64,000 bases of DNA from Macrostomum lignano (taxonomy: Eukaryota), in contig NIVC01000013.1 in NCBI GenBank assembly GCA_002269645.1, forward strand, positions 1-64,000. The letters are read 5' to 3'. Under the pieces are notes generated by a model, which saw only the letters and a list, made by a program, of their open reading frames with translations, was not told where the DNA came from and made no database searches. Both the position numbers and the translations under genes were made by a program. Shown here piece after piece: positions 24,900-37,264 of the stretch (position 1 is its first letter; the number at the start of each line of letters is the position of its first letter).

Positions 24900-26730
24900 G
24901 AAAGAATCACCCCTCAACCATCTATAAGAATCACCCCTCAGCCATCTATAAGAATCACCCCTCAACCATCTATAAGAATCACCCCTCAGCCATCTATAAG
25001 AATTACCCCTCAACCATCTATAAGAATCACCCCTGAGCCATCTATAAGAATCACCCCTCAGCCATCTATAAGAATCACCACTCAGCCATCTATAAGAATC
25101 ACCCCTCAGCCATCTATAAGAATCACCCCTCAACCATCTATAAGAATCTCCCCTCAGCCATCTATAAGAATCTCCCCTCAGCCATCTATAAGAATCACCC
25201 CTCAGCCATCTATAAGAATCACCACTCAGCCATCTATAAGAATCTCCCCTCAGCCATCTATAAGAACCACCCCTCAGCCATCTATAAGAACCACCCCTCA
25301 GCCATATATAAGAACCACCCCTCAGCCATCTATAAAAGTCACCCTCAGCCATCTATAAGAATCACCACTCAGCCATCTATAAGAATCTCCCCTCAGCCAT
25401 CTATAAGAATCTCCCCTCAGCCATCTATAAGAATCACCCCTCAGCCATCTATAAGAATCACCCCTCAACCATCTATAAGAATCACCCCTCAGCCATCTAT
25501 AAGAATCACCCCTCAGCCATCTATAAGAATCACCCCTCAACCATCTATAAGAATCACCCCTCAGCCATCTATAAGAATCACCCCTCAACCATCTATAAGA
25601 ATCTCCCCTCAGCCATCTATAAGAATCTCCCCTCAGCCATCTATAAGAATCACCCCTCAGCCATCTATAAGAATCACCACTCAGCCATCTATAAGAATCT
25701 CCCCTCAGCCATCTATAAGAACCACCCCTCAGCCATCTATAAGAACCACCCCTCAGCCATATATAAGAACCACCCCTCAGCCATCTATAAAAGTCACCCT
25801 CAGCCATCTATAAGAATCACCACTCAGCCATCTATAAGAATCTCCCCTCAGCCATCTATAAGAATCTCCCCTCAGCCATCTATAAGAATCACCCCTCAGC
25901 CATCTATAAGAATCACCACTCACCCATCTATAAGAATCACCACTCAGCCATCTATAAGAATCACCCCTCAGTCAACTATAAAAATCACCCCTCAGCCATC
26001 TATAAGAATCACCCCTCAGCCATCTATAAGAATCACCCTTCAGCCATCTATAAGAATCTCCCCTCAGCCATCTATAAGAATCTCCCCTCAGCCATCTATA
26101 AGAATCACCCCTCAGCCATCTATAAGAATCACCACTCAGCCATCTATAAGAATCTCCCCTCAGCCATCTATAAGAACCACCCCTCAGCCATCTATAAGAA
26201 CCACCCCTCAGCCATATATAAGAACCACCCCTCAGCCATCTATAAAAGTCACCCTCAGCCATCTATAAGAATCACCACTCAGCCATCTATAAGAATCTCC
26301 CCTCAGCCATCTATAAGAATCTCCCCTCAGCCATCTATAAGAATCACCCCTCAGCCATCTATAAGAATCACCACTCACCCATCTATAAGAATCACCACTC
26401 AGCCATCTATAAGAATCGCCCCTCAGCCATCTATAAGAATCACCCCTGAGCCATCTATGAGAATCGCCCCTCAGCCATCTATAAGAATCACCCCTCAGCC
26501 ATCTATGAGAATCGCCCCTCGGCCATCTATAAGAATCACCCCTCAGCCATCTATGAGAATCGCCCCTCAGCCATCTATAAGAATCACCCCTCAGCCATCT
26601 ATGAGAATCGCCCCTCAGCCATCTATAAGAATCACCCCTCAGCCATCTATAAGAATCGCCCCTCGGCCTATAAGCATCGCCCTGAGCAATCTGTAAGAAT
26701 CACCCCTCAACCATCTATAAGAATCACCCT
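24900..26730. repeat. 24-bp minisatellite (host intron 6)
   Basis: Unit AAGAATCACCCCTCAGCCATCTAT; ~455-bp higher-order periodicity. Confidence 0.97.
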
Positions 26731-26779
26731 CAGCCCTCAAATAACGCCCTTGCAGCACTGCAATCAACATTAGAAATCG

Positions 26780-26859
26780 ATGATGATAAACTATTGGGAA
26801 TCTCTCTAAAGTTGTTAATCTTGGCAACTACTGATTACGAAATCATGCGCGTCGTCTGA
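26780..26859 (+). ncRNA. Box C/D snoRNA copy 6
   Basis: Same boxes and guides; internal stem changed to AGTTG/CAACT (compensatory). Confidence 0.9.
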
Positions 26860-29269
26860 TGAAAGAAAACCATTTATGAATTTCTCTTACTGATTTTACT
26901 TCACGGTTAAACGTAGTAAAATTGCAAAAACATTTCATTTGTCTCCAAATTTTCAGAATTCTCGGATCTCATCAAAGGAATCATTTGAACAGTATTTTTT
27001 GACATTTTAGAATTTTGACTACTTACATTTGTTCTATGTACTTCAAGTACTTCTCTGTATTGCCTAAATAAATATATTTTCAGTAGGTTCAGTGTAGGGT
27101 AGATTCTGTCTACTATTAGTAGGATTGATAGCTTTTTTATCCTGATTTTTTAATCAACACAAACTAATGAAAAGCAAATTTTATTGCTGTCGCGAATTAA
27201 AAAGTTTTCTATACTTTTTTACTTTACTAACACGGCTTGCTTGGCTCTGCTCGTGCAATTAACGCCATTGAGGGCCAACCCTCAGATACAGTGAAGTGTA
27301 CATGCCTAACGATCAATAAAGTTAGGGCCGCTGTACACTCCCTGTGTATGTATCCTTGCGCATGGGATTCGCGGAATGGGCAGTAATGCCTCTCGCCTGT
27401 CCTGGAAGGATGTCCTGGGAGTCCTGGGAAGGATGGAGTCCTGAGAAGGATGTCCTGGGAAGGATGGAGTCCTGGGATGGATGTTCGTCCCGAATCGGGG
27501 AAAACCGGCTGTGTCCGGTTTCCTCTTGCCCCTTGTGCCCCTCCCCCCCCCTTGGCCTGGACTCCAATATTGAGCTGGATAGGTGATGCCCTTGTGGCTT
27601 GCAGCCCTAAAGGAGGATTTATGCGGTTGCCTACCTGATAGGAGACTCGCCCTCGGATACAAGCCTTCCAGACTCGCTCCATTAGTTAAGCCCTATTCCA
27701 AGACTTCTGGGTTTCCCCGCTCTGGGACGGTTTTCAGTAGTATTCCCAACATTTTCATTTCCAATTTTGTTTTTCGCGCACTCTCGAGGACTTGTCTGCT
27801 GGGGGGGGGGGGGTAGCCTGGGTGGACTCGGTCCTAGCACCGTCCCCGATTCCACTTTTTGGGTTGGCGGTGTCTTGTACCATAGGCTTGGGTTAGTAGC
27901 CCCAAAATTCCCCCTGGCCTGACGCCGGGGCCCAATCAGGAGGGTATCTCGGGCTTAGGCCCCTGGAAGTGCCCCTCAGCGGCAGAGCCCCCCAGGGCTG
28001 ATCCGCGGGAAGCAAGCTCTTTCCACCCCGTTTAACAACAACAACAATGCCTCTCGCCGATAAAGTGGGCCACGGTTTATACAGCCCGATTGACTTAATG
28101 ATAAAAACATAGGCCATAACACAGCTATTTCTAGGGCGTCCCCAATCGGGAAGAGTCTTAATAACAAAAAATAACCTAAAAATGTTCCCTAAATCGGCAA
28201 ATGTTAACAAACTTCCTTACGCAAAATGCTTGACCATGAACTGAATTTAAAAAAAAAACAACCTTCCCTAAAACTTGTAAAAAATCAAGCCCTGGAAAAA
28301 CCTGGTAATTGAAAATAAAAATTTCGCGGACGCACTGTACTTTTATGCAGCCTGCACTTCTGGGCTTGTTAATGGAATGAGATGTGTCCTGCGAGTCCCA
28401 CCCGCGTGGCCCCTGCCTAATTAGCCGCGAGGCCCCCTGTTTGGTCAGAGGATGTGACTCGTTGGTGCTCGGCTGTTTAATTCCTTCTCTAAACCGCAGA
28501 AAGGGTCAGTGAGAGATCGAGCAGTCTCTAAAAGAAACCATGACCAATTATAATGGCTTTGCAGCATCTCCAGGTCGAACATTGTCTTTTCCAGTGCAGT
28601 TGGTGTTGGTGGCTCAACCGTCTGAAGAATGGCTCGGTTAACGGATGACTTCGTCAGGGAGGGCAGGCAGTCCGACCGAGCGGTCCACCAGCTCGTTGCC
28701 ATTGCATGATGTTGTGGCTTGATAGAATTAAGGCATGGTCTGGCTCTTGCACTATTTTCTCTTTTTGGAAGATAGTCGTGCGATGCTAAACTGCTACTTG
28801 GGCAGTAGTAGTATACGATGAGTTTTACTGTTTTATTCATCGAGTTTCTATACAAGAAGAATGTCCTCAACTACTCTCATTGGCTACCTGATAGTTCCTA
28901 TGGGAGCCAATGATAGTTGGCCTTAGATAGCTAGAGGTAACGTATGCTGATAAAGGATTTGAGGCGCTTTTATAATATATGGCATTTGATGCCGGCTAAA
29001 TTTCCTGCAGTTCGACATTAGCCAGCTTGGCTTTTAAACTAGTGGATTTCAGCAAAAATTGATATATAGCATCTTTCGAAGAGTCTGCAACCTTGAAGGA
29101 CCGATTTGTTAAGAAAATATTTGGTAAGTAATTTTTTCATTACGCGTTGTGCAGTTGTAAAGCTGACAATGGTACATATGTGGTCCTCCGTGCTGATATT
29201 ATTCATCTATCCTGGGTTTTAATCTTCCTGCATATATTCTCTTTAGTGCAATCACTTCTCTATAAGAAT

Positions 29270-32200
29270 CTCCATCTATTCTCTATATGAGATTCACCAA
29301 TCACCATCTAGTCTCTATATGAGAATCGCAATCTATTCTCTTTGAGAATCGGCATCTATTCTATATGAGAATCGCAATCTATTCTCTTTGAGAATCGGCA
29401 TCTATTCTATAGTATGAGAATCGCAATCTATTCTCTTTGAGAATCGGCATCTATTCTATATGAGAATCGCAATCTATTCTCTTTGAGAATCGGCATCTAT
29501 TCTATATGAGAATCGCAATCTATTCTCTTTGAGAATCGGCATCTATTCTATATGAGAATCGCAATCTATTATCTTTGAGAATCGGCATCTATTCTATATG
29601 AGAATCGCAATTTATTCTCTTTGAGAATCGGCATCTATTCTATATGAGAATCGCAATCTATTCTCTTTGAGAATCGGCATCTATTCTATATGAGAATCGC
29701 AATCTATTCTCTTTGAGAATCGGCATCTATTCTATATGAGAATCGCAATCTATTCTCTTTGAGAATCGGCGTCTATTCTATATGAGAATCGCAATCTATT
29801 CTCTTTGAGAATCGGCATCTATTCTATATGAGAATCGCAATCTATTCTCTTTGAGAATCGGCATCTATTCTATATGAGAATCACAATCTATTATCTTTTA
29901 GAATCGGCATCTATTCTATATGAGAATCGCAATCTATTCTCTTTGAGAATCGGCATCTATTCTATATGAGAATCGCAATCTATTCTCTTTGAGAATCGGC
30001 GTCTATTCTATATGAGAATCGCAATCTATTATCTTTGAGAATCGGCATCTATTCTATATGAGAATCGCAATCTATTCTCTTTGAGAATCGGCATCTATTC
30101 TATATGAGAATCGCAATCTATTCTCTTTGAGAATCGGCATCTATTCTATATGAGAATCGCAATCTATTCTCTGAGAATCGGCATCTATTCTATATGAGAA
30201 TCGCAATCTATTCTCTTTGAGAATCGGCATCTATTCTATATGAGAATCGCAATCTATTCTCTTTGAGAATCGGCATCTATTCTATATGAGAATCGCAATC
30301 TATTATCTTTGAGAATCGGCATCTATTCTATATGAGAATCGCAATCTATTCTCTTTGAGAATCGGCATCTATTCTATATGAGAATCGCAATCTATTATCT
30401 TTGAGAATCGGCATCTATTCTATATGAGAATCGCAATCTATTCTCTTTGAGAATCGGCATCTATTCTATATGAGAATCGCAATCTATTATCTTTTAGAAT
30501 CGGCATCTATTCTATATGAGAATCGCAATCTATTCTCTTTGAGAATCGGCATCTATTCTATATGAGAATCGCAATCTATTATCTTTGAGAATCGGCATCT
30601 ATTCTATATGAGAATCGCAATCTATTCTCTTTGAGAATCGGCATCTATTCTATATGAGAATCGCAATCTATTCTCTTTGAGAATCGGCATCTATTCTATA
30701 TGAGAATCGCAATCTATTCTCTTTGAGAATCGGCATCTATTCTATATGAGAATCGCAATCTATTCTCTTTGAGAATCAACATCTATTCTATATGAGAATC
30801 GCAATCTATTATCCTTGAGAATCGGCATCTATTCTATATGAGAATCGCAATCTATTATCTTTGAGAATCGGCATCTATTCTATATGAGAATCGCAATCTA
30901 TTCTCTTTGAGAATCGGCATCTATTCTATATGAGAATCGCAATCTATTCTCTTTGAGAATCGGCATCTATTCTATATGAGAATCGCAATCTATTCTCTTT
31001 GAGAATCGGCATCTATTCTATATGAGAATCGCAATCTATTCTCTTTGAGAATCGGCATCTATTCTATATGAGAATCGCAATCTATTCTCTTTGAGAATCG
31101 GCATCTATTCTATATGAGAATCGCAATCTATTCTCTTTGAGAATCGGCAACTATTCTATATGAGAATCGCAATCTATTCTCTTTGAGAATCGGCATCTAT
31201 TCTAAAGTATGAGAATCGCAATCTATTCTCTTTGAGAATCCACATCTATTCTGTATGAGAATCGCAATCTATTCTCTTTGAGAATCGGCATCTATTCTAT
31301 ATGAGAATCGCAATCTATTCTCTTTGAGAATCGGCATCTATTCTAAAGTATGAGAATCGCAATCTATTCTCTTTGAGAATCCACATCTATTCTGTATGAG
31401 AATCGCAATCTATTCTCTTTGAGAATCGGCATCTATTCTATATGAGAATCGCAATCTATTCTCTTTGAGAATCGGCATCTATTCTGTATGAGAATCGCAA
31501 TCTATTCTCTTTGAGAATCGGCATCTATTCTATATGAGAATCGCAATCTATTGTCTTTGAGAATCGGCATCTATTCTATATGAGAATCGCAATCTATTGT
31601 CTTTGAGAATCGGCATCTATTCTATATGAGAATCGCAATCTATTCTCTTTGAGAATCGGCATCTATTCTATATGAGAATCGCAATCTATTCTCTTTGAGA
31701 ATCGGCATCTATTCTATATGAGAATCGCAATCTATTCTCTTTGAGAATCGGCATCTATTCTATATGAGAATCGCAATCTATTCTCTTTGAGAATCGGCAT
31801 CTATTCTATATGAGAATCGCAATCTATTCTCTTTGAGAATCGGCATCTATTCTATATGAGAATCGCAATCTATTCTCTTTGAGAATCGGCATCTATTCTA
31901 TATGAGAATCGCAATCTATTCTCTTTGAGAATCCACATCTATTCTATATGAGAATCGCAATCTATTCTCTTTGAGAATCCACATCTATTCTATATGAGAA
32001 TCGCAATCTATTCTCTTTGCATCTATTCTCTATGCGAATCACCATCTATTCTCTATAAGAATTGTCATTTATTCTATATGAAAATCGGTAATCTATTCTC
32101 TTTGAGAATCGGCATCTATTCTATATGAGAATCGCAATCTATTCTCTTTGAGAATCGGCATCTATTCTAAAGTATGAGAATCGCAATCTATTCTCTTTGA

Positions 32201-32930
32201 GAATCCACATCTATTCTGTATGAGAATCGCAATCTATTCTCTTTGAGAATCGGCATCTATTCTATATGAGAATCGCAATCTATTCTCTTTGAGAATCGGC
32301 ATCTATTCTGTATGAGAATCGCAATCTATTCTCTTTGAGAATCGGCATCTATTCTATATGAGAATCGCAATCTATTGTCTTTGAGAATCGGCATCTATTC
32401 TATATGAGAATCGCAATCTATTGTCTTTGAGAATCGGCATCTATTCTATATGAGAATCGCAATCTATTCTCTTTGAGAATCGGCATCTATTCTATATGAG
32501 AATCGCAATCTATTCTCTTTGAGAATCGGCATCTATTCTATATGAGAATCGCAATCTATTCTCTTTGAGAATCGGCATCTATTCTATATGAGAATCGCAA
32601 TCTATTCTCTTTGAGAATCGGCATCTATTCTATATGAGAATCGCAATCTATTCTCTTTGAGAATCGGCATCTATTCTATATGAGAATCGCAATCTATTCT
32701 CTTTGAGAATCGGCATCTATTCTATATGAGAATCGCAATCTATTCTCTTTGAGAATCCACATCTATTCTATATGAGAATCGCAATCTATTCTCTTTGAGA
32801 ATCCACATCTATTCTATATGAGAATCGCAATCTATTCTCTTTGCATCTATTCTCTATGCGAATCACCATCTATTCTCTATAAGAATTGTCATTTATTCTA
32901 TATGAAAATCGGTAATCTGTTCTCTATGAG
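29270..32930. repeat. 46-bp (2x23) satellite array
   Basis: Unit GAGAATCGCAATCTATTCTCTTT GAGAATCGGCATCTATTCTATAT. Confidence 0.97.
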
Positions 32931-33659
32931 AAGCTATCCATTTTATCTATTCTAATTCAGGAATTATTATCTTTCTGAATCCTCGGCCTTTCAGAAATGC
33001 CAGCTTGATTTTAAAAAGAATATCTTTCTAACGCAGAATCCACTTCAATTTACGTCATTCTTATAAATATACTATACCTTATCACCAACTATAATATAGG
33101 GAGGGGGGCGTTCACAGAAGCCACATTTGCCATGCTATACAAACCTCTATACTTATTAGCGATAGGTAAATCATACTATCGAATCCTCTTATCAGTTTCT
33201 ACGGGCATTTATGCATAGAAGCAAGCAGAACACCGGGGGCAGGGTGTTTTCTTGGTCAATATTTGATCGGGCAGTGCGATGCCAGCAGACTCTTATAGTG
33301 GACAACCCCGATAAAGTATTAGAATCAATTGGCTTCTTTTTCTGAGTTTTCTGGATACAAAAGGTGTACGAGCTACATGTACGTCAAATCTTCTTGTATA
33401 TGTGCTTATTGGCTTGTGAAACCTACTAATCAAGTTTTATTGAGCATTGATATAGCATAAATGCGATACCGTAGTTAAACACTAGTTAATATTATGTATT
33501 ATATAATTAGTTTTGCGAAACTAAAATGCTGATTGGGAGACAAATAGAGATCTGGTGCCAAATTTATTAAATGGGATGGACACCAATTTTATGGAATATA
33601 TGTAGGTGCGAAATTAGAGATTGGGCGCCAAATTTTAGCGATCAGGTCGCCATAATTTG

Positions 33660-35345
33660 AAATCTCGGACGCCAAAATTAGAGATCGGATGTCAAAATTA
33701 GAGATCGGGCGCCAAAATTAGATATCAGGTGCCAAAATTAGATATCAGGTGCCAAAATTAGAGATAGGGGGCCTAAATTAAAAATCAGGAGCCAAAATTA
33801 GAGATCGGGCGCCAAAATCAAAGATCGGGCGCCAAAATTAGAGATCATGCGCCAAAATTAGAGATCCGGCGCCAAAATTAGAGATAGGGGGCCTAAATTA
33901 AAAATCAGGAGCCAAAATTAGAGATCGGGCGCCAAAATTAGAGATCGGGCGCAAAAATTAGAGATCGGGTGTCAAAATTAGAGATCGGGCGCAAAAATTA
34001 GAGATCGGGCGCCAAAATTAGAGATCGGGCGCAAAAATTAGAGATCGGGCGCCAAAATTAGAGATCGGGCGCAAAAATTAGAGATCGGGTGTCAAAATTA
34101 GAGATCGGATGTCAAAATTAGAGATCGGATGTCAAAATTAGAGATCGGGCGCCAAAATTAGATATCAGGCGCCAAAATTAGATATCAGGTGCCAAAATTA
34201 GAGATAGGGGGCCTAAATTAAAAATCAGGAGCCAAAATTAGAGATCGGGCGCCAAAATTAGAGATCGGGCGCAAAAATTAGAGATCGGGTGTCAAAATTA
34301 GAGATCGGGTGTCAAAATTAGAGATCGGGTGTCAAAATTAGAGATCGGATGTCAAAATTAGAGATCGAGCGCCAAAATTAGATATCAGGCGCCAAAATTA
34401 GATATCAGGTGCCAAAATTAGAGATAGGGTGCCTAAATTAAAGATCAGGAGCCAAAAATAGAGATCGGGCGCCAAAATCAAAGATCGGGCGCCAAAATTA
34501 GAGATCATGCGCCAAAATTAGAGATCCGGCGCCAAAATTAGAGATAGGGGGCCTAAATTAAAAATCAGGAGCCAAAATTAGAGATCGGGCGCCAAAATTA
34601 GAGATCGGGCGCAAAAATTAGAGATCGGGTGTCAAAATTAGAGATCGGGCGCAAAAATTAGAGATCGGGCGCCAAAATTAGAGATCGGGCGCAAAAATTA
34701 GAGATCGGGCGCCAAAATTAGAGATCGGGCGCAAAAATTAGAGATCGGGTGTCAAAATTAGAGATCGGATGTCAAAATTAGAGATCGGATGTCAAAATTA
34801 GAGATCGGGCGCCAAAATTAGATATCAGGCGCCAAAATTAGATATCAGGTGCCAAAATTAGAGATAGGGGGCCTAAATTAAAAATCAGGAGCCAAAATTA
34901 GAGATCGGGCGCCAAAATTAGAGATCGGGCGCAAAAATTAGAGATCGGGTGTCAAAATTAGAGATCGGGTGTCAAAATTAGAGATCGGGTGTCAAAATTA
35001 GAGATCGGATGTCAAAATTAGAGATCGAGCGCCAAAATTAGATATCAGGCGCCAAAATTAGATATCAGGTGCCAAAATTAGAGATAGGGTGCCTAAATTA
35101 AAGATCAGGAGCCAAAAATAGAGATCGGGCGCCAAAATCAAAGATCGGGCGCCAAAATTAGAGATCATGCGCCAAAATTAGAGATCATGCGCCAAAATTA
35201 GAGATCCGGCGCCAAAATTAGAGATAGGGGGCCTAAATTAAAAATCAGGAGCCAAAATTAGAGATCGGGCATCAAAATTAGAGATCGGGCGCCAAAATTA
35301 GAGATCGGGCGCCAAAATTAGAGATTGAACGCCAAATTAGAGATT
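33660..35345. repeat. 20-bp minisatellite with higher-order blocks
   Basis: Unit AAAATTAGAGATCGGGCGCC. Confidence 0.97.
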
Positions 35346-36569
35346 GGGCTGAGAATTCAGAGTTAGCGCTTAATTTTTAGTTACAAAAACAAAAAACAAA
35401 AATAATTCAAATCGAAAATATTAGGTTTATTAAAACAAAAAACGAATTTTTTTCTTCTTTCCTGCCATCTTCAAAGTTTTTTTTTAACAAACTGTCATTT
35501 CGATACATATCGCTATTTTTATTACTGTGTTAGCTAAATAGGTAATAATTAATAAATATATTTCACTCTGTTTGCTCTGCATGTGGACTCTATTAAGCGC
35601 CTCCCGCAGCTCCAGTGTGTGCCTAATCTCAAATCTTATCTTCCCAACATTTTCTTGGAGTTCTTCATGCAGCAATTCTCGAGTCAAGCAGAAATGCTTC
35701 TTCCATCGCCCCAAATCACAATGCGCACTTTGACAGCCCGTGAGTGAGTCGACCCGCTCTTCCCTCCTGTCTCATCAGCCTCCACTCCCCTTCATCCTCA
35801 TGCGTTGATGAAGAAATTTCTCTCAATAGTTCTCGCTTTTTCTTCAAATCAAATTCCCAACCAGAAATCCCAGCTGTGCTTCTCTCTCTCTTCCAGCCCC
35901 CATAACCCCTATACTTTTTGTTGACTGCCTATAGAAATTCCGGATTTATTCTCTATACTAATTTCTTCTTTCGCAGAAGCACTATAGGCTTAAGATTTTT
36001 TTGTATTCCAATTTGTCATCAGTCTTGCACGGGTCCAAGTTCCAATTGGTTGAAAAATGTCTGCTGCGTGTGCGCCACTGCTGCCAGCCTGCCACCTCTC
36101 TGCCTGTGTGAACCCTCGCGTCAATCAAATCAATATAACTGGAGACGAGTCTGGATCTTGGCAGGGTCCTGGTGCACGCGATGCTGACCTGCCCGTGAAA
36201 TATTTGGCCAGCTATTTGCTGTGGCAACGCCAGTCATGCAGCAGAAATATCGATTTTTCGGCCTTCTTCTGGATAATATATGCTGCCCGTTTAATCTGAG
36301 TCATGCTTTATTATCAGATCTCTGTGCTTCTGTCTCTCCCCTTCTCCCTCTACCTCTCTCCCTTCCTCTCCCCCTATCCCTCTCTCAATCTCTCCCTCTC
36401 TCAGTCTCTCCTTTCCCTCTCTCCATCTATCCCTCTCCCCTTCTCCCCCTCTGTTCTGTTTTGGGGCTGATGCGCCCAAGCAATGCTGCCTTAATTCTGG
36501 CAGTAGGTTATTATATTTTCTTTATTATCGCGGGGCGGCCGGGCACTTATACTAGTGCATACTTTGGGC

Positions 36570-36850
36570 CATAGAATAACATAATGGTGAGTTTGCGTTA
36601 ATCCAACAACCTCTCCTCCCCTCTCTCTCCCTCTCTCCTTCTCTCTATCTCTCTCTGTCCCTCTCTCTTAGCTGCAGGGCGGTCCGAAGACCTGTCCCTC
36701 TCTCCCTCTCTCCCTCTCTCTCTCCCTCTCTCCCTCTCTCCCTCTCCCTCTCTCCCGCTCTCTATCTCTCCCTATCTCAATCTCTCCCTCTCTCCCTTTT
36801 CTCCCTTTCCCTCTCTGCTTCTATCTTACCTTTTCCCTCTCCCCACAGCA
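36570..36850. repeat. CT-rich low-complexity tract
   Basis: (CTCTCC)-type runs. Confidence 0.85.
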
Positions 36851-37264
36851 CGCCTCCATCTATCCAGGCGTGCTGTTGGGAATTAGTACAACACGTGCTT
36901 GTCTACATACATTGTAGGGACGCTAGTATTTAGCGATTTAACTCAAATTGACTCTTTAATCTAAATACTATGCTAAGTATAGAAGTACTGAAGCAAATTC
37001 CGTCACGGATACACGCGAGCGGGCTCCGGGCGAAAGACGATTGATCTGGACAGGCTTGAAGAGATAAGAGACAATCAAAATAGATGCTAGTATCTATGGA
37101 TAGAAAGCAATTTCACTTTGGGATTGTATAGCTGGGGAGGAATTAAGTTCATCCTTGAAGAGTCTCAATATTGTTATCAGATCGAAAGTTTATGGTATAT
37201 ATGAAATGTTAATTTTCCTTGGTAGCTTGAGTTTTCTTAATATTGGGGGCTTTGAGAAGCTGGC

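Larger units (their letters stand above)
19500..27090 (+). ncRNA. Spliced non-coding snoRNA host gene (GAS5-like organisation); 5' end uncertain
   Basis: Short exons bounded by AG/GT: ...-19613, 19820(or 19810)-19871, 21704-21761, 22800-22854, 24481-24563, 24786-24853, 26957-.... AATAAA near 27066. Exons are AT-rich with stops and no ORF. One C/D snoRNA per intron. Confidence 0.75.

Noticed and set aside
20007-26696. Long ORFs (511, 514, 226, 218 aa etc.) in the snoRNA-host introns
   Set aside because: Pure translations of 23-24-bp tandem units, open on both strands, and lying in inferred introns.
19657-26859. CRISPR-like reading of six conserved cassettes separated by variable sequence
   Set aside because: Eukaryotic context, kilobase repetitive spacers, no cas genes; C/D boxes and rRNA complementarity explain the cassettes.
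28445-28870. Possible retroelement RNase H remnant (HNI...GNELVDR across a frameshift, minus strand)
   Set aside because: Only a few residues match and no RT is nearby; insufficient to call.
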